Assembly: GCA_963748385.1 (NCBI GenBank)
Contig: CAVVIQ010000013.1
Location: 95,908-159,907 of the forward strand
Direction: 5' to 3'
DNA length: 64,000 nt
DNA from: an uncultured Pseudomonadota bacterium
Lineage (GTDB): Bacteria > Pseudomonadota > Alphaproteobacteria > Rhizobiales > Beijerinckiaceae
The notes beneath the pieces were generated by a model. It saw only the letters and a list, made by a program, of their open reading frames with translations. It did no database searches and was not told the origin of the DNA. Below, one piece after another: positions 1-14,027 of this stretch. The number at the start of each line of letters is the position of its first letter. Within the stretch, counting starts at the first letter, position 1. The translations under genes and the position numbers were made by a program.

Positions 1-135
1 GGAAACGGGAGGAGCTTAACCGATTCCGCCGGACGACAGGCGCGCGGGCGCAATTTTTTTGCTGCTTTCCGTTCGCGCCGTTGCTATAGAGCGCGACCTA
101 ATGTCGGCGGCCGCGCATGCGCGGAGCGCTGGCGC

Positions 136-220
136 GCGGGCGTGGCGGAACTGGTAGACGCGCCGGATTTAGGTTCCGGTGGTGAAAATCGTGGGGGTTC
201 GAGTCCCTCCGCCCGCACCA
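136..220 (+). tRNA. tRNA-Leu(TAG)
   Basis: Cloverleaf with acceptor GCGGGCG/CGCCCGC, anticodon arm CCGGA-TTTAGGT-TCCGG, long variable arm, GGTTCGAGTCC T-loop and encoded CCA. Confidence 0.97.
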
Positions 221-309
221 GCGCCGCGCAAGACGCAAGGTTTGGCAGGTTTCATCCCGCTCCCGGCGATCGGCCAAGGCGGCGGAAAGGTTTTGAGAAG
301 GTTGTGAAG

Positions 310-1668
310 ATGCAGACGACGGAAACGCTTTCGCAGGGGCTGAAGCGCGAATATCAGGTGGTCCTTGCGGCGGCCGAACTCGCCCAGAAACTCGACACCC
401 AGCTCGCCGAGCTGAAGGACAAGGTGCGCATCAACGGCTTCCGTCCCGGCAAGGTCCCGGTCGGCCATCTCAGGCGCCTCTATGGCAAGTCGATCATGGG
501 CGACGTCGTCCAGCAGGCGATCAACGACGCCCAGAACAAGATTCTCGGCGACAACAACCTGCGGCTCGCCGGCCAGCCCAAGCTCGATTTCCCGGAAGAT
601 CAGGCCGAGATGGAAAAGGTGCTGGAGGCGACCGGCGACCTGTCTTTCAAGCTCGCCTTCGAGATCCTGCCCAACTTCGAGGTCGGCTCGTTCGAGGACG
701 TCGAACTGGAGCGCCTGGTCGCCGAGATTCCGGAAGCGGACGTTGAAAAGCAGCTCAAGGACCTGGCCGAACGCAGCCGCTCCTACACCTCGCGCGAGGA
801 GGGCGCCGCGGCGCAGAAGGGCGACAGGCTGAAGATCGACTTCGTCGGCGGCATCGGCGGCGAGGCTTTCGAGGGCGGAAGCGCCGAGGGCGTCGATCTG
901 GTGCTGGGCTCGGGAGCCTTCATCCCCGGCTTCGAGGACCAGCTCGAAGGAGCCAAGGCCGGCGACGAGCGCAAGGTCGTCGTGACTTTCCCCGAGAATT
1001 ATCAGGCCGCGCATCTCGCCGGCAAAGAGGCGACCTTCGACGTCAAGGTCCAGTCGGTGTCCGCGCCGGACGAACTTGCCCTCGACGACGATTTCGCCAA
1101 GAAATACGCCTTCGAGAACCTCGAAAAGCTGCGCGAGGCGATCAAGGGACGAATCCAGGCCGATTACGACCGCGCCTCGGGGGAAAAGCTGAAGCGCGCT
1201 CTGCTCGACGCCCTCGACAATCGTTACAGCTTCGAATTGCCGCAGGACATGGTCGAGCGCGAGTTCAGCGGCATCTGGGAGCAGGTTCTGGGCGAACGGG
1301 TCTCGTCCGGCAAGAGCTTCGAGGACGAGGGGACGACCGAGGAGGCGCAGCGCGCCGAATATCGCCGCATCGCCGAGCGCCGCGTGCGTCTCGGGCTGGT
1401 GATGGCGGAAGTCGGCGAGAAGGCGGGCGTCAAGGTCGCCGACGACGAGGTGACCCGCGCCATCGTCGAGCGCGCCCGCCAGTTCCCCGGCCAGGAAAAG
1501 GCTTTCTGGGATTATTATCAGAAGAACCCGCAGGCTCTCGCCGAAATCCGGGCGCCGATTTACGAGCAGAAGGTCGTCGATCACATCGTGTCCCAGGCCA
1601 AGGTCACCGACAAGACCGTGTCCAGGGAAGAGCTGTTCAAGATCGAGGACGAGGACAAGGCCGCGTAA
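310..1668 (+). CDS. tig: Trigger factor
   Basis: Ribosome-binding motif [12 protein letters not shown]-type domain ([13 protein letters not shown]), lies upstream of clpP-clpX. Start moved to ATG 310 because the longer ORF overlaps the tRNA. Confidence 0.97.
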   Translation: MQTTETLSQGLKREYQVVLAAAELAQKLDTQLAELKDKVRINGFRPGKVPVGHLRRLYGKSIMGDVVQQAINDAQNKILGDNNLRLAGQPKLDFPEDQAEMEKVLEATGDLSFKLAFEILPNFEVGSFEDVELERLVAEIPEADVEKQLKDLAERSRSYTSREEGAAAQKGDRLKIDFVGGIGGEAFEGGSAEGVDLVLGSGAFIPGFEDQLEGAKAGDERKVVVTFPENYQAAHLAGKEATFDVKVQSVSAPDELALDDDFAKKYAFENLEKLREAIKGRIQADYDRASGEKLKRALLDALDNRYSFELPQDMVEREFSGIWEQVLGERVSSGKSFEDEGTTEEAQRAEYRRIAERRVRLGLVMAEVGEKAGVKVADDEVTRAIVERARQFPGQEKAFWDYYQKNPQALAEIRAPIYEQKVVDHIVSQAKVTDKTVSREELFKIEDEDKAA

Positions 1669-1694
1669 GGCGGATCGCTCCGATCCGATTGACG

Positions 1695-1720
1695 ACGCCC
1701 GCGCTCCGCGCGGGCGTTTT
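1695..1720 (+). terminator. Intrinsic terminator after tig
   Basis: 10-bp stem ACGCCCGCGC/GCGCGGGCGT followed by a short T run. Confidence 0.6.
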
Positions 1721-1978
1721 GATTCGCGACGCGGATTTTTAGAGTTTTCTTCACGCCCGGTCCCCTATTCCTTCTCCTCGACCCCTTGGGGCGGGCGATC
1801 GGCGCGCGTCGGCCCATGCGGCGCGGAGCCCGGTTTTCCAACAGAGTGGCGGGCGCGGCAGGCTCGGCGCGATTCTTGGCAATTTCGCTACGGCGCGCGG
1901 CGGCCATTGCCTCGGCTGCCGGGCGCATTATGTTGGGATGAGGCAAACAGCGGCTTCCGCCGCCCGAGGGAATGGTCC

Positions 1979-2608
1979 ATGCGCGATCCGATTGACGTCT
2001 ACAACCAGTATCTCATCCCGCAAGTCATCGAGAACACGCCGCGCGGCGAACGCGGCTTCGATATTTATTCGCGCCTGCTGCGCGAGCGCATCGTCTTCCT
2101 CACCGGCGCGGTGGAGGACGGCATGGCCTCGGTCATCATCGCGCAACTGCTGTTCCTGGAAGCCGAAAATCCCAAAAAGGAAATCTCGATGTACATCAAC
2201 TCGCCGGGCGGCGTGGTGACGTCGGGTCTGGCGATCTACGACACGATGCAGTTCATCAAGCCCAAGGTTTCGACGCTCTGCGTCGGGCAGGCGGCCTCGA
2301 TGGGCTCGCTGCTGCTCGCCGGCGGCGAGGCGGGCATGCGCTTCGCGCTTCCCAACGCCCGGATCATGGTCCACCAGCCTTCCGGGGGCTTCCAGGGCCA
2401 GGCCTCGGACATCCTGCGCCACGCCGAAGACATCATGAAGGTCAAGAAGCGCCTCAACGAAATCTACGTGCGGCACACCGGCAAGGACTACGACACCATC
2501 GAGGCGACCCTCGACCGCGACCATTTCATGTCCTCCGAGGAAGCCATGGACTTCGGCCTGATCGACCAGGTTTTGAGCAAGCGCCCCGACCAGACCGAGG
2601 AAAAATGA
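1979..2608 (+). CDS. clpP: ATP-dependent Clp protease proteolytic subunit
   Basis: Motifs YINSPGG, QAASMG (Ser), IMVHQP (His), DRDHF (Asp). Confidence 0.98.
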   Translation: MRDPIDVYNQYLIPQVIENTPRGERGFDIYSRLLRERIVFLTGAVEDGMASVIIAQLLFLEAENPKKEISMYINSPGGVVTSGLAIYDTMQFIKPKVSTLCVGQAASMGSLLLAGGEAGMRFALPNARIMVHQPSGGFQGQASDILRHAEDIMKVKKRLNEIYVRHTGKDYDTIEATLDRDHFMSSEEAMDFGLIDQVLSKRPDQTEEK

Positions 2609-2835
2609 TGTGGATGGCGCGTTACTTGCTTGGGACGCGGGGGAACAGTGACGCTTGCCATTGGCGGCCATGGGCATAAATTAGGCCTTTGACGCCAATG
2701 TTGGTCCGGAGCGCGAACGCGCCGAATCGGCGGCGAATATCTTAGCGGCCTTCGGCGAATTTGAACGCCCTGGGCGGCGTAAGGCGGTCGACAAGGAGCT
2801 TCGAGGCTCGGGTTGGCCGCCGCAAGGAGAAACTG

Positions 2836-4101
<1,266 letters not shown>

Positions 4102-4153
4102 ACGCCGGGAGCGATGGCGAGGCGACCGTTTCGCCCCGCCATCGAGGGGCGAG

Positions 4154-4181
4154 CTTGAAAGCGCCGCAGGAAACCCCATCT
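4154..4181 (+). promoter_or_regulatory. RpoH (sigma32)-type promoter upstream of lon
   Basis: CTTGAA-N14-CCCCATCT matches the established sigma32 consensus and sits upstream of a heat-shock protease. Confidence 0.75.
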
Positions 4182-4439
4182 GCGTGATATGTAAACCAAT
4201 CGCCGCGGATGCTTGAAAAGGTCGCGCGGCGCATGGAGCGGAAGCCGCCGGCGCCGCTGCCCGTTTCGGATCGCTTGGCGAATCTGGGCGAGGCAAACAA
4301 GTTTTGCACCCTCGAAGATCCTTGGCGGATCAGCGGGGCGCAAGGGCCGGCGATCAAGCCCCGTGGGCGGGTGAAAATCCTTTCGGGCGGTTAGCGCCCT
4401 TCTGGACCGAAACGCGCCAAGACTGACAGGATTTGAACC

Positions 4440-6866
4440 ATGACCAGCCCCAAGCGCGTGCTTCCGCCTCCCGGCGTGATCGACAAATATCCGGTCCTGC
4501 CGCTGCGCGACATCGTCGTGTTCCCGCACATGATCGTGCCGCTCTTCGTCGGCCGCGAGAAGAGCATCCGCGCCCTCGAAGAGGTGATGAAGGCCGACAA
4601 GTTCATCATGCTCGCGACCCAGAAGAACGCGGCGGAGGACGATCCCAAGCCGGACGCCGTCTATTCCGCCGGCGTGCTGGCCAGCGTGCTTCAATTGCTG
4701 AAACTGCCCGACGGCACGGTGAAAGTGCTGGTCGAGGGCATCGCGCGCGCCAAGGTGGTCCAGTACGTCCGCACCGACGAATATTACGAGGCCGAGGTCG
4801 AGGTCACGCCCGAGGACGCCGTCGATCCGGTCGAGGCGGAGGCTTTGGCGCGTTCGGTCTCCTCCGAATTTGAAGGCTATGTCAAGCTCAACAAGAAGGT
4901 CTCGCCCGAGGTCGTCTCGGCGGTGGCGCAGATCGACAATCCGAGCAAGCTCGCCGACACCGTGGCCTCGCATCTGTCGGTGAAGATCACCGACCGGCAG
5001 GCGGTGCTGGAAACGACGTCGGTGACCAAGCGCCTGGAGAAATGCCTGGCGCTGATGGAAAGCGAAATCTCGGTCCTGCAGGTCGAGAAGCGCATCCGCA
5101 CGCGGGTCAAGCGGCAGATGGAGAAGACCCAGCGCGAATATTATCTGAATGAGCAGATGAAGGCCATTCAGAAGGAGCTGGGCGACGAGGACGGCAAGGA
5201 CGATCTCTCCGAGCTTGAGGACAAGATCAAGCGGACCAAGCTGTCCAAGGAGGCGCATGACAAGGCCATGGCCGAGCTGAAGAAGCTGCGGCAGATGTCG
5301 CCGATGTCGGCGGAAGCCACCGTCGTGCGCAATTATCTCGACTGGCTGGTCTCGATCCCGTGGAACAAGCGCTCCAAGATCAAGAAGGACCTCGTCTCCG
5401 CGCAGGAGATTCTCGACGCGGAGCATTACGGCCTCGACAAGGTCAAGGAGCGGATCATCGAATATCTTGCGGTGCAGAGCCGCTCGAACAAGCTGACCGG
5501 CCCGATCCTGTGCCTCGTCGGCCCGCCTGGCGTCGGCAAGACCTCGCTCGGCAAGTCGATCGCCAAGGCGACGGGGCGCGAATTCGTGCGCATGTCGCTC
5601 GGCGGCGTCCGGGACGAGGCCGAGATTCGCGGCCATCGCCGGACCTATATCGGCTCGATGCCCGGCAAGCTGATCCAGTCGATGCGCAAGGCCAAGACCT
5701 CCAATCCGCTCTTCCTGCTCGACGAAATCGACAAGATGGGCATGGATTTCCGCGGCGACCCGTCTTCGGCGCTGCTTGAGGTGCTGGACCCCGAGCAGAA
5801 CTCGACCTTCAACGACCATTATCTCGAGGTCGACTACGACCTGTCGAGCGTGATGTTCGTGACGACCGCCAATACGCTGAACATTCCGGCGCCGTTGATG
5901 GACCGCATGGAGATCATCCGCATCGCCGGCTATACCGAAGAAGAAAAGACGGTGATCGCGCGCAAGCACCTGATCCCCGCCGCGACCCAGAAGCACGGGC
6001 TCAGCCCAAGCGAATGGGCGATCGAGGACGCGGCGCTGGCCAAGATCATCCGCCGCTACACCCGCGAGGCGGGCGTGCGCAATCTGGAGCGCGAAATCTC
6101 CAATCTCGCCCGCAAGGCGGTCAAGGAGATCCTGCTCTCCAAGCCGAAGATCGACAAGGTCGTCATCACCGAGGACAATGTCGAGACCTACCTCGGCGTG
6201 CCACGCTTCCGCTATGGCGAAGCGGAGCTGGAGGACCAGGTCGGCGTGGTCACGGGTCTCGCCTGGACCGAAGTCGGCGGCGAGCTGCTGACGATCGAAG
6301 GCGTCATGATGCCCGGCAAGGGCCGCATGACCGTCACCGGCAACCTGCGCGACGTGATGAAGGAATCGATCTCGGCGGCGGCGTCCTACGTCCGCTCCCG
6401 GGCGCTGGATTTCGGCGTCGAGCCGCCCCTGTTCGACCGGCGCGACATTCACGTGCACGTGCCGGAAGGCGCGACTCCCAAGGACGGCCCGTCGGCTGGC
6501 GTGGCCATGGCCACCGCCATCGTCTCGGTCTTCACCGGCATCCCGGTGCGCCGCGACATCGCCATGACCGGCGAGATCACCCTGCGCGGCCGGGTGCTGC
6601 CGATCGGGGGGCTGAAGGAAAAGCTGCTCGCGGCCTTGCGCGGCGGGCTGAAGAAGGTCCTGATCCCGGAAGACAACGCCAAGGATCTGGTGGAAATCCC
6701 GGAATCGGTGAAGAACAACCTCGAAATCGTGCCCGTGTCCCGGATGGAGGAGGTCCTGCGCCATGCGCTGCTGCGCATGCCGGAGCCGATCCGCTGGGAA
6801 GAGGGCGCGGTGAAACCGGAAACGGCGGAAATCGAGGACGAAACGGTCGGCGTCGTCGCCCATTGA
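4440..6866 (+). CDS. lon: Lon (La) ATP-dependent protease
   Basis: [13 protein letters not shown]-terminus, Walker A GPPGVGKT, catalytic KDGPSAG and PIGGLKEK. Confidence 0.98.
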   Translation: MTSPKRVLPPPGVIDKYPVLPLRDIVVFPHMIVPLFVGREKSIRALEEVMKADKFIMLATQKNAAEDDPKPDAVYSAGVLASVLQLLKLPDGTVKVLVEGIARAKVVQYVRTDEYYEAEVEVTPEDAVDPVEAEALARSVSSEFEGYVKLNKKVSPEVVSAVAQIDNPSKLADTVASHLSVKITDRQAVLETTSVTKRLEKCLALMESEISVLQVEKRIRTRVKRQMEKTQREYYLNEQMKAIQKELGDEDGKDDLSELEDKIKRTKLSKEAHDKAMAELKKLRQMSPMSAEATVVRNYLDWLVSIPWNKRSKIKKDLVSAQEILDAEHYGLDKVKERIIEYLAVQSRSNKLTGPILCLVGPPGVGKTSLGKSIAKATGREFVRMSLGGVRDEAEIRGHRRTYIGSMPGKLIQSMRKAKTSNPLFLLDEIDKMGMDFRGDPSSALLEVLDPEQNSTFNDHYLEVDYDLSSVMFVTTANTLNIPAPLMDRMEIIRIAGYTEEEKTVIARKHLIPAATQKHGLSPSEWAIEDAALAKIIRRYTREAGVRNLEREISNLARKAVKEILLSKPKIDKVVITEDNVETYLGVPRFRYGEAELEDQVGVVTGLAWTEVGGELLTIEGVMMPGKGRMTVTGNLRDVMKESISAAASYVRSRALDFGVEPPLFDRRDIHVHVPEGATPKDGPSAGVAMATAIVSVFTGIPVRRDIAMTGEITLRGRVLPIGGLKEKLLAALRGGLKKVLIPEDNAKDLVEIPESVKNNLEIVPVSRMEEVLRHALLRMPEPIRWEEGAVKPETAEIEDETVGVVAH

Positions 6867-6892
6867 CGCGCTGAGGGCTGGCCAGGGCGCAG

Positions 6893-6922
6893 GGCCGGGA
6901 CGGGTTCCGTCCCGGCCTTTTT
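6893..6922 (+). terminator. Intrinsic terminator after lon
   Basis: 11-bp stem GGCCGGGACGG/CCGTCCCGGCC followed by TTTTT. Confidence 0.8.
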
Positions 6923-7185
6923 GCGTCGCGCGTCCCGAATCGGGCCCAGATCAAGATTTTTTTTGCAAAGTTTTCGCTTCCAGGAGCTCCGCATCCCTTG
7001 CCATGCCCGGGATTCAAAGGGAAAGTGGCGGCGTCGAAATCGCACGATTCGAGTTGCGATCTTCAGCGCGGCGCCTTATTCGTCCGCGCCTCGACGGAAA
7101 TCCATTTGCCGCGGCGTGGGGGCGCGTCGTAGATGTCAACTCGGCGCTTTATGAGGAAGAGGCGCCCAAATCAAGGAAGAGCCAA

Positions 7186-7464
7186 ATGACGAACAAAGCC
7201 GAATTGGTCGATGCGGTGGCCGAAGCGACCGAAAGCTCGAAGGCGCATGCGGGCGCGGCGCTCGACGCGGTGATCGCCGCGATCAGCAACGCGCTCCAGA
7301 AGGGTGAGGAAGTTCGCCTGGTTGGCTTCGGCACATTCTCGGTCAAGACCCGAGCCGCCGGCAAGGGCCGCAACCCCGCGACCGGCAAGGAAATCAATAT
7401 TCCAGCTTCCAAGAGCGTCCGCTTCAAGCCCGGCGCCCAGCTCAAGGACATGGTCAATAAGTAA
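7186..7464 (+). CDS. hupB: DNA-binding protein HU
   Basis: NKAELVDAVA, VRLVGFGTF, GRNPATG; position after lon. Confidence 0.93.
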   Translation: MTNKAELVDAVAEATESSKAHAGAALDAVIAAISNALQKGEEVRLVGFGTFSVKTRAAGKGRNPATGKEINIPASKSVRFKPGAQLKDMVNK

Positions 7465-7480
7465 CAAGCTTAAGCGCCCG

Positions 7481-7514
7481 GACGCGGCTTCGGCCGCGTC
7501 TCGACGCGCGTCGA
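7481..7514 (+). terminator. Stem-loop(s) after HU
   Basis: GACGCGGC-TTCG-GCCGCGTC (UUCG tetraloop) followed by the palindrome TCGACGCGCGTCGA. There is no U-tract, so this may be a stabiliser rather than a terminator. Confidence 0.45.
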
Positions 7515-7579
7515 CCTTGCAAACGTCGCCCTCTCGGCCTGTCGCCGCGGATGGTCGGTCCGGCGGGGCGTCGCGGTTC

Positions 7580-7655
7580 GGGCGGTTAGCTCAGTTGGTA
7601 GAGCATCTCGTTTACACCGAGAGGGTCGGCGGTTCGAGCCCGTCACCGCCCACCA
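7580..7655 (+). tRNA. tRNA-Val(TAC)
   Basis: 76 nt with GGGCGGT/ACCGCCC acceptor, anticodon arm TCTCG-TTTACAC-CGAGA and CCA end. Confidence 0.97.
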
Positions 7656-7672
7656 CGACCGAAAGCAAGTCG

Positions 7673-8305
7673 ATGCCGGCCGGAAAGCTTCGCGGTCCTT
7701 CGTTTTTCCGATCGCTGCTGGCGGCCGTCGTTCTTCTCGCCTTGCCGGCGTCCGGCGCGCGGGCGATGGACTTTAGCCTCCAGACTGTTTCGGACGGCAG
7801 CTGCCGGGCCCACTGCCCCCGCGTCATTGTCGCCGAGGGCCAGATCTCCAATTCGACGCCCCACGAATTCGTGCAGTTCCTGCGCGACAACGTCGGCGAC
7901 CGCGACATGCGGACGGTCGTCCTGCTCGATTCCCAGGGCGGCTATGTCATCGCCTCCATGGAACTGGGGCGAGTTTTCCGGCGGATCGGCGCCGCGACGG
8001 TCGTCGCCAATCAATGCCTGTCGGCCTGCGTTTACGCTTTCATGGGCGGGGTCAAAAGGGTGGCGCCGAGAGGCGCCCTTCTCGGGATCCACCGGATGTT
8101 CGCCGAAAAGTCGCAAGGCCTGTTCGAGCCCACCCATCGCGTTTACGACGACGGTTCGCTGGCGGCCATGCTGGCGCGCTACAGCGCGAGCATGGGCGTC
8201 AGCCGCGATCTTATCCGCTACGCGGAGCGCATTTCCTCGGGGACGATCCATTTCGTGACGCCGGCCGAAATGACCCGCTGGCGGCTGGCGAGCCACAAAT
8301 TCTAG
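7673..8305 (+). CDS. Secreted protein with ClpP/crotonase-like fold (COG3904-like)
   Basis: Signal-peptide-like N-terminus ending ARA; motifs LDSQGG, CLSAC and GIHR parallel ClpP INSPGG, AASMG and VHQP. The start codon is uncertain. Confidence 0.7.
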   Translation: MPAGKLRGPSFFRSLLAAVVLLALPASGARAMDFSLQTVSDGSCRAHCPRVIVAEGQISNSTPHEFVQFLRDNVGDRDMRTVVLLDSQGGYVIASMELGRVFRRIGAATVVANQCLSACVYAFMGGVKRVAPRGALLGIHRMFAEKSQGLFEPTHRVYDDGSLAAMLARYSASMGVSRDLIRYAERISSGTIHFVTPAEMTRWRLASHKF

Positions 8306-8353
8306 GGCTTTGCGGCGCGCGTTCCGAGTTTCGGGAAATCGCGCTTTCCGCGC

Positions 8354-8382
8354 TTGACTTGCCCGCGCCGCTGTCCTAATTC
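8354..8382 (+). promoter_or_regulatory. Putative sigma70 promoter for tRNA-Asp
   Basis: TTGACT, then 16-17 nt, then CTAATT/TAATTC, about 40 nt upstream of the tRNA. Confidence 0.45.
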
Positions 8383-8420
8383 GCAGGCCTCCGGTCGGCG
8401 CGGTCGCGTCGCGGTCGAGC

Positions 8421-8497
<77 letters not shown>

Positions 8498-8812
8498 TTT
8501 TCACCAAGACTTCCCCCGCAACGGAAGCCGATTGTCTGCGATCGCTCACGCGGGGAAAACCGGCGCTGCGACGAATTGGCGCCGACTTTCGGCGCAGGCG
8601 CGAAAGCGACCGAAAGCTTCGGATCTGCGCGCGTTGCGCCGAGAACGCCGCGGATTCCGCTGCTTCCGCAATGACGCGCCGGGATGCGCGCCGCTGTCCC
8701 GGCCGCGTCCGCGGCGCGCGCGGGGGCCTTGCGCCTCGCGCCGCCCTGCGATACGGAACCCAAAGGTTTCGGCGGCGGCGCCAGGACAATCAAGAGCAAG
8801 GGCATCCACACC

Positions 8813-9178
8813 ATGTCGGTCCTCCTGAACGATTATCTGCCGCTGGTGATCTTCATCGCCCTGTCGGCGGTCATTTCCGGGGCGCTGCTGGTCGCGCCCT
8901 TCCTGCTGGCCTTCAAGGCCCCCGACCCGGAAAAGCTCTCGGCCTATGAGTGCGGCTTCAACGCCTTCGACGACGCGCGCATGAAATTCGACGTCCGGTT
9001 CTACCTGGTGTCGTTGCTGTTCATTATCTTCGATCTGGAAGTCGCCTTCCTGTTTCCCTGGGCGGTGGCCTTCCGCAAGATCGGCTCCTTCGGCTTCTGG
9101 GCGATGATGGTCTTTCTCGCCGTGCTGACCGTCGGCTTCGTCTATGAATGGAAGAAGGGAGCGCTGGAATGGGATTGA
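8813..9178 (+). CDS. nuoA: NADH-quinone oxidoreductase subunit A
   Basis: [29 protein letters not shown]. Confidence 0.97.
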   Translation: MSVLLNDYLPLVIFIALSAVISGALLVAPFLLAFKAPDPEKLSAYECGFNAFDDARMKFDVRFYLVSLLFIIFDLEVAFLFPWAVAFRKIGSFGFWAMMVFLAVLTVGFVYEWKKGALEWD

Positions 9179-9753
9179 CCTCGGAAAAGGACCAGCCCCT
9201 GGTCGCTCCGGCTCCGCGCGGAATAATCGATCCGCGCACCGGCCGGCCGGTCGGCGCGGACGACCCGACCTTCCTGGCGATCAACGACCAGTTGGCCGAC
9301 AAGGGCTTCATCGTCACCGCGACCGACGAGCTGATCAACTGGGCCCGCACCGGCTCGCTGATGTGGATGACCTTCGGTCTCGCCTGCTGCGCGGTGGAAA
9401 TGATGCAGGCGGCCATGCCGCGCTATGACATCGAGCGCTGGGGATTCGCCCCGCGCGCCTCGCCGCGCCAGTCCGACGTGATGATCGTCGCCGGCACCCT
9501 GACCAACAAGATGGCCCCGGCCCTGCGCAAGGTCTATGACCAGATGCCCGAGCCGCGCTATGTCATCTCCATGGGCTCCTGCGCCAATGGCGGCGGCTAT
9601 TACCACTATTCCTATTCGGTGGTGCGCGGCTGCGACCGCATCGTCCCGGTGGACGTCTATGTTCCCGGCTGTCCGCCTTCCGCCGAGGCCCTGCTTTACG
9701 GAATCATGCTGCTGCAGCGGAAAATCCGCCGCACCGGCACCATCGAACGCTGA
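9169..9753 (+). CDS. nuoB: NADH-quinone oxidoreductase subunit B
   Basis: [10 protein letters not shown] (N2 ligands), [17 protein letters not shown]. Confidence 0.97.
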   Translation: MGLTSEKDQPLVAPAPRGIIDPRTGRPVGADDPTFLAINDQLADKGFIVTATDELINWARTGSLMWMTFGLACCAVEMMQAAMPRYDIERWGFAPRASPRQSDVMIVAGTLTNKMAPALRKVYDQMPEPRYVISMGSCANGGGYYHYSYSVVRGCDRIVPVDVYVPGCPPSAEALLYGIMLLQRKIRRTGTIER

Positions 9754-9789
9754 TTTTCGCGCCGGCGAGACCGGCAAAGAGGCTGGATC

Positions 9790-10431
9790 ATGGCCAACGA
9801 GCAGAACGAAGCCGCGACCGACCATTCCGCGGTCCTGCGGGGAAAATTGCAGGCTCTGTCGGAAAGGATTGCGGCGGGCTTGAGCGCCGCCGTCCTCTCG
9901 ACCGAAATCGCCTTCGACGAGCTGACCGTCGCCTTCGACGCGGCGAAATGGGTCGAATCCATGACCTTTCTGCGCGACAACGGCTTCATCTGTTTCATCG
10001 ACCTGACCGCGGTCGACTGGCCGGCGCGCGAAAAGCGTTTCGACGTGGTTGCGCATCTGCTCGACCCGAAAGCCAATCTGCGCATCCGCGCCAAATGCAT
10101 GACCGACGAGGAAACCCCGGTCGAAAGCTGCGTCAAAGTATGGCCGGCGGCCAACTGGTTCGAGCGCGAGGCCTATGACATGTATGGCGTGCTCTTCGCC
10201 AACCATCCCGATCTGCGCCGGATGCTGACGGACTATGGCTTCGACGGCCACCCCCTGCGCAAGGACTTCCCGATGTCCGGCTATGTCGAGGTCCGCTACG
10301 ACGACGCCCAGAAACGCGTGGTCTACGAGCCGACGCGGCTGACTCAGGAATTCCGGTCTTTCGATTTCCTTTCGCCCTGGGAGGCCGCGCCTCTTGAGCT
10401 TCCCGGCGACGAAAAGGCGACCAGGGGCTGA
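9790..10431 (+). CDS. nuoC: NADH-quinone oxidoreductase subunit C
   Basis: WFEREAYDMYG, GHPLRKDFP. Confidence 0.97.
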   Translation: MANEQNEAATDHSAVLRGKLQALSERIAAGLSAAVLSTEIAFDELTVAFDAAKWVESMTFLRDNGFICFIDLTAVDWPAREKRFDVVAHLLDPKANLRIRAKCMTDEETPVESCVKVWPAANWFEREAYDMYGVLFANHPDLRRMLTDYGFDGHPLRKDFPMSGYVEVRYDDAQKRVVYEPTRLTQEFRSFDFLSPWEAAPLELPGDEKATRG

Positions 10432-10473
10432 AAGGCGCGACGAGGCGAACAAGGCGGCGAAGCGAAGAATCCG

Positions 10474-11679
10474 ATGGGCGAGCAGAAAATGTCCGAACAG
10501 AACCCGCGCAGTTTCTCGATCAATTTCGGCCCGCAGCATCCGGCGGCGCATGGGGTTCTGCGACTGGTGCTGGAGCTTGACGGCGAAGTGGTGGTGCGCG
10601 TCGATCCGCATATCGGCTTGCTGCATCGCGGCACGGAAAAGCTGATGGAATCCCGGCCCTATATGCAGAACACGCCCTATTTCGATCGGCTCGACTATTG
10701 CGCGCCGATGAATCAGGAGCACGCCTTCTGCCTCGCCATCGAAAAGATGCTGGGGGTCGAGGTTCCCCGCCGCGCCCAGCTCATCCGCGTGCTTTTTTGC
10801 GAAATCGGCCGCCTCCTCTCGCATATCCTGAACGTCACCACCCAGGCGATGGACGTCGGCGCGCTCACCCCGCCGGTCTGGGGCTTCGAGGAGCGCGAAA
10901 AGCTGATGGTGTTCTATGAGCGCGCCTCGGGCGCGCGGATGCACGCCAACTATTTCCGCCCCGGCGGCGTCGCCAAGGACCTGCCGCCCAAGCTGATCGA
11001 GGACATCGGCGCCTGGCTCGACCCGTTCGTCAAGCTCTGCGACGACCTCGAAGAGCTTTTCGTCGAAAACCGCATTTTCAAACAGCGCAATGTCGATATC
11101 GGCGTGGTGTCGCTGGAGGAATGTTGGAAATGGGGCTTTTCCGGCCCGGTGCTGCGCGGCTCCGGCGCGGCCTGGGACCTGCGCCGCGCTCAGCCCTATG
11201 AATGCTACGAGGAAATGGAATTCGACATTCCGGTCGGCAAGCATGGCGATTGCTACGACCGGCAGGTGGTGCGGCTGGAAGAGATGCGCCAGTCGGTGCG
11301 GATCATGCGGCAATGCGTGAACAAGCTGTTCGACAGCGCCAATGAGGGCCCGGTGCTGGCGCCGAATCACAAGATCACCCCGCCGCGCCGGCCCGAGATG
11401 AAGCGGTCGATGGAATCGCTCATCCATCATTTCAAATTGTTCACCGAGGGCTTCCGCACGCCGGAAGGCGAGGTCTATGCCGCGGTCGAGGCGCCCAAGG
11501 GCGAATTCGGCGTCTATCTGGTCTCGGACGGCACAGACAAGCCGTACAAATGCAAGATCCGCGCGCCGGGCTTCGCCCATCTCCAGGCCATGGACATGCT
11601 GAGTCGCGGCCATATGCTGGCCGACGTCTCCGCCATTCTCGGCGCGCAAGACATCGTGTTCGGGGAGGTCGACCGGTGA
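10474..11679 (+). CDS. nuoD: NADH-quinone oxidoreductase subunit D
   Basis: [21 protein letters not shown]-terminal DIVFGEVDR. An alternative start lies at 10489. Confidence 0.97.
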   Translation: MGEQKMSEQNPRSFSINFGPQHPAAHGVLRLVLELDGEVVVRVDPHIGLLHRGTEKLMESRPYMQNTPYFDRLDYCAPMNQEHAFCLAIEKMLGVEVPRRAQLIRVLFCEIGRLLSHILNVTTQAMDVGALTPPVWGFEEREKLMVFYERASGARMHANYFRPGGVAKDLPPKLIEDIGAWLDPFVKLCDDLEELFVENRIFKQRNVDIGVVSLEECWKWGFSGPVLRGSGAAWDLRRAQPYECYEEMEFDIPVGKHGDCYDRQVVRLEEMRQSVRIMRQCVNKLFDSANEGPVLAPNHKITPPRRPEMKRSMESLIHHFKLFTEGFRTPEGEVYAAVEAPKGEFGVYLVSDGTDKPYKCKIRAPGFAHLQAMDMLSRGHMLADVSAILGAQDIVFGEVDR

Positions 11680-11884
11680 CGATCGGACAATCCCTGCGCA
11701 AGAACGCGCAATTCCTCCTGGTCGGCTTCGGCTCGGCGGTGGCCGCCCTCGTTCTCATGCGCTGGTCGGATGGCGCGCCCCTGTTCCAGCCGCAATCCGA
11801 CTTCGGCATTGTCATCGGCGCCGCCCTCGTCGCCGGCTTCATGGTTTATCGCGATGTGCGCGGAACCAACGGAAAGCAGTCATC

Positions 11885-11888
<4 letters not shown>
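11676..11888 (+). CDS. 70-aa two-helix membrane protein of unknown function inside the nuo operon
   Basis: GTG start overlaps the nuoD stop (GTGA) and its stop overlaps the nuoE start (ATGA). It has two hydrophobic segments. Confidence 0.7.
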
Positions 11889-12667
<779 letters not shown>

Positions 12668-12677
12668 GGAGACGAGG

Positions 12678-13979
12678 ATGCTTCAGGACAAGGACCGCAT
12701 CTTCCAGAACCTCTACGGCTATGGCGACTGGGGTCTCGAAGGCGCGAAAAAGCGTGGCGCCTGGGACAACACCAAGGGCCTGCTGGAAAAGGGCAGGGAC
12801 TGGATCATCCGCGAAATGAAGGACTCGGGCTTGCGCGGGCGCGGCGGCGCCGGCTTCCCGACCGGCCTGAAATGGTCCTTCATGCCCAAGCCCGACCCGG
12901 CGCGTCCGTCCTATCTGGTAGTCAACGCCGACGAATCGGAGCCCGGCACCTGCAAGGACCGCGAGATCATGCGCAACGACCCGCATCTGCTGGTCGAGGG
13001 CTGTCTCGTCGCCGGCTTCGCCATGGGCGCTTGCGCCGCCTATGTCTATGTGCGCGGCGAATTCATCTGGGAACGCGAACGCCTCCAGGCGGCGGTCGAT
13101 CAGGCCTACGAGGCCAGGCTGATCGGCCAGGACAACATCCACGACTATCCCTTCGAGGTTTATGTCCATCACGGCGCCGGAGCCTATATCTGCGGCGAGG
13201 AAACGGCGCTGCTCGAATCGCTCGAAGGCAAGAAGGGCATGCCACGGCTGAAACCGCCGTTCCCGGCCAATATGGGCCTCTATGGCCGCCCGACCACGGT
13301 CAACAACGTCGAATCGATCGCCGTCGCCCCGACCATTCTGCGCCGCGGCGCCGCCTGGTTCGCTGGCTTCGGGGCCAAGAACAACGCCGGAACCAAGCTG
13401 TTTTCGATCTCCGGCCATGTGAACACGCCTTGCAATGTGGAAGAGGCGATGTCGATCCCCTTCCGCGAACTGATCGAGAAACACGCCGGCGGCGTTCGCG
13501 GCGGCTGGGACAACCTGCTGGCGGTCATTCCCGGCGGCTCCTCGGTGCGCTGCGTCCCGGCGGAGCAGATCATCGACTGCCCGATGGATTTCGACAGCCT
13601 CGGCAAGCTGCAATCGGGCCTCGGCACGGCGGCGGTGATCGTGATGGACAAGTCCACCGACATCATCCGCGCCATCGCCCGCCTGTCGCGTTTCTACCAG
13701 CATGAGAGCTGCGGCCAATGCACGCCCTGCCGCGAAGGCACGGGCTGGATGTACCGCGTGATGCAGCGCATGGTCGAAGGCCGCGCCCAGAAACGGGAAA
13801 TCGACATGCTGTTCGATGTGTCGAAGCAGATCGAAGGCCACACGATCTGCGCGCTCGGCGACGCGGCGGCCTGGCCGATCCAGGGCCTGATCAATCATTT
13901 CAGACCCGTCATCGAGGCGCGGATCGATTCCTATACGGCCCGCGCCGACAAGGACGCGGTCAAGGTGGCGGCGGAGTAG
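12678..13979 (+). CDS. nuoF: NADH-quinone oxidoreductase subunit F
   Basis: [47 protein letters not shown]. Confidence 0.98.
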   Translation: MLQDKDRIFQNLYGYGDWGLEGAKKRGAWDNTKGLLEKGRDWIIREMKDSGLRGRGGAGFPTGLKWSFMPKPDPARPSYLVVNADESEPGTCKDREIMRNDPHLLVEGCLVAGFAMGACAAYVYVRGEFIWERERLQAAVDQAYEARLIGQDNIHDYPFEVYVHHGAGAYICGEETALLESLEGKKGMPRLKPPFPANMGLYGRPTTVNNVESIAVAPTILRRGAAWFAGFGAKNNAGTKLFSISGHVNTPCNVEEAMSIPFRELIEKHAGGVRGGWDNLLAVIPGGSSVRCVPAEQIIDCPMDFDSLGKLQSGLGTAAVIVMDKSTDIIRAIARLSRFYQHESCGQCTPCREGTGWMYRVMQRMVEGRAQKREIDMLFDVSKQIEGHTICALGDAAAWPIQGLINHFRPVIEARIDSYTARADKDAVKVAAE

Positions 13980-14027
13980 GGTTTTGGGCCTCGACCGCGC
14001 TGCGGGCGAGGCAAAAAGGAAAGAGTG

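Noticed and set aside
142-309. N-terminal extension of trigger factor
   Set aside because: It overlaps tRNA-Leu; the real start is ATG 310.
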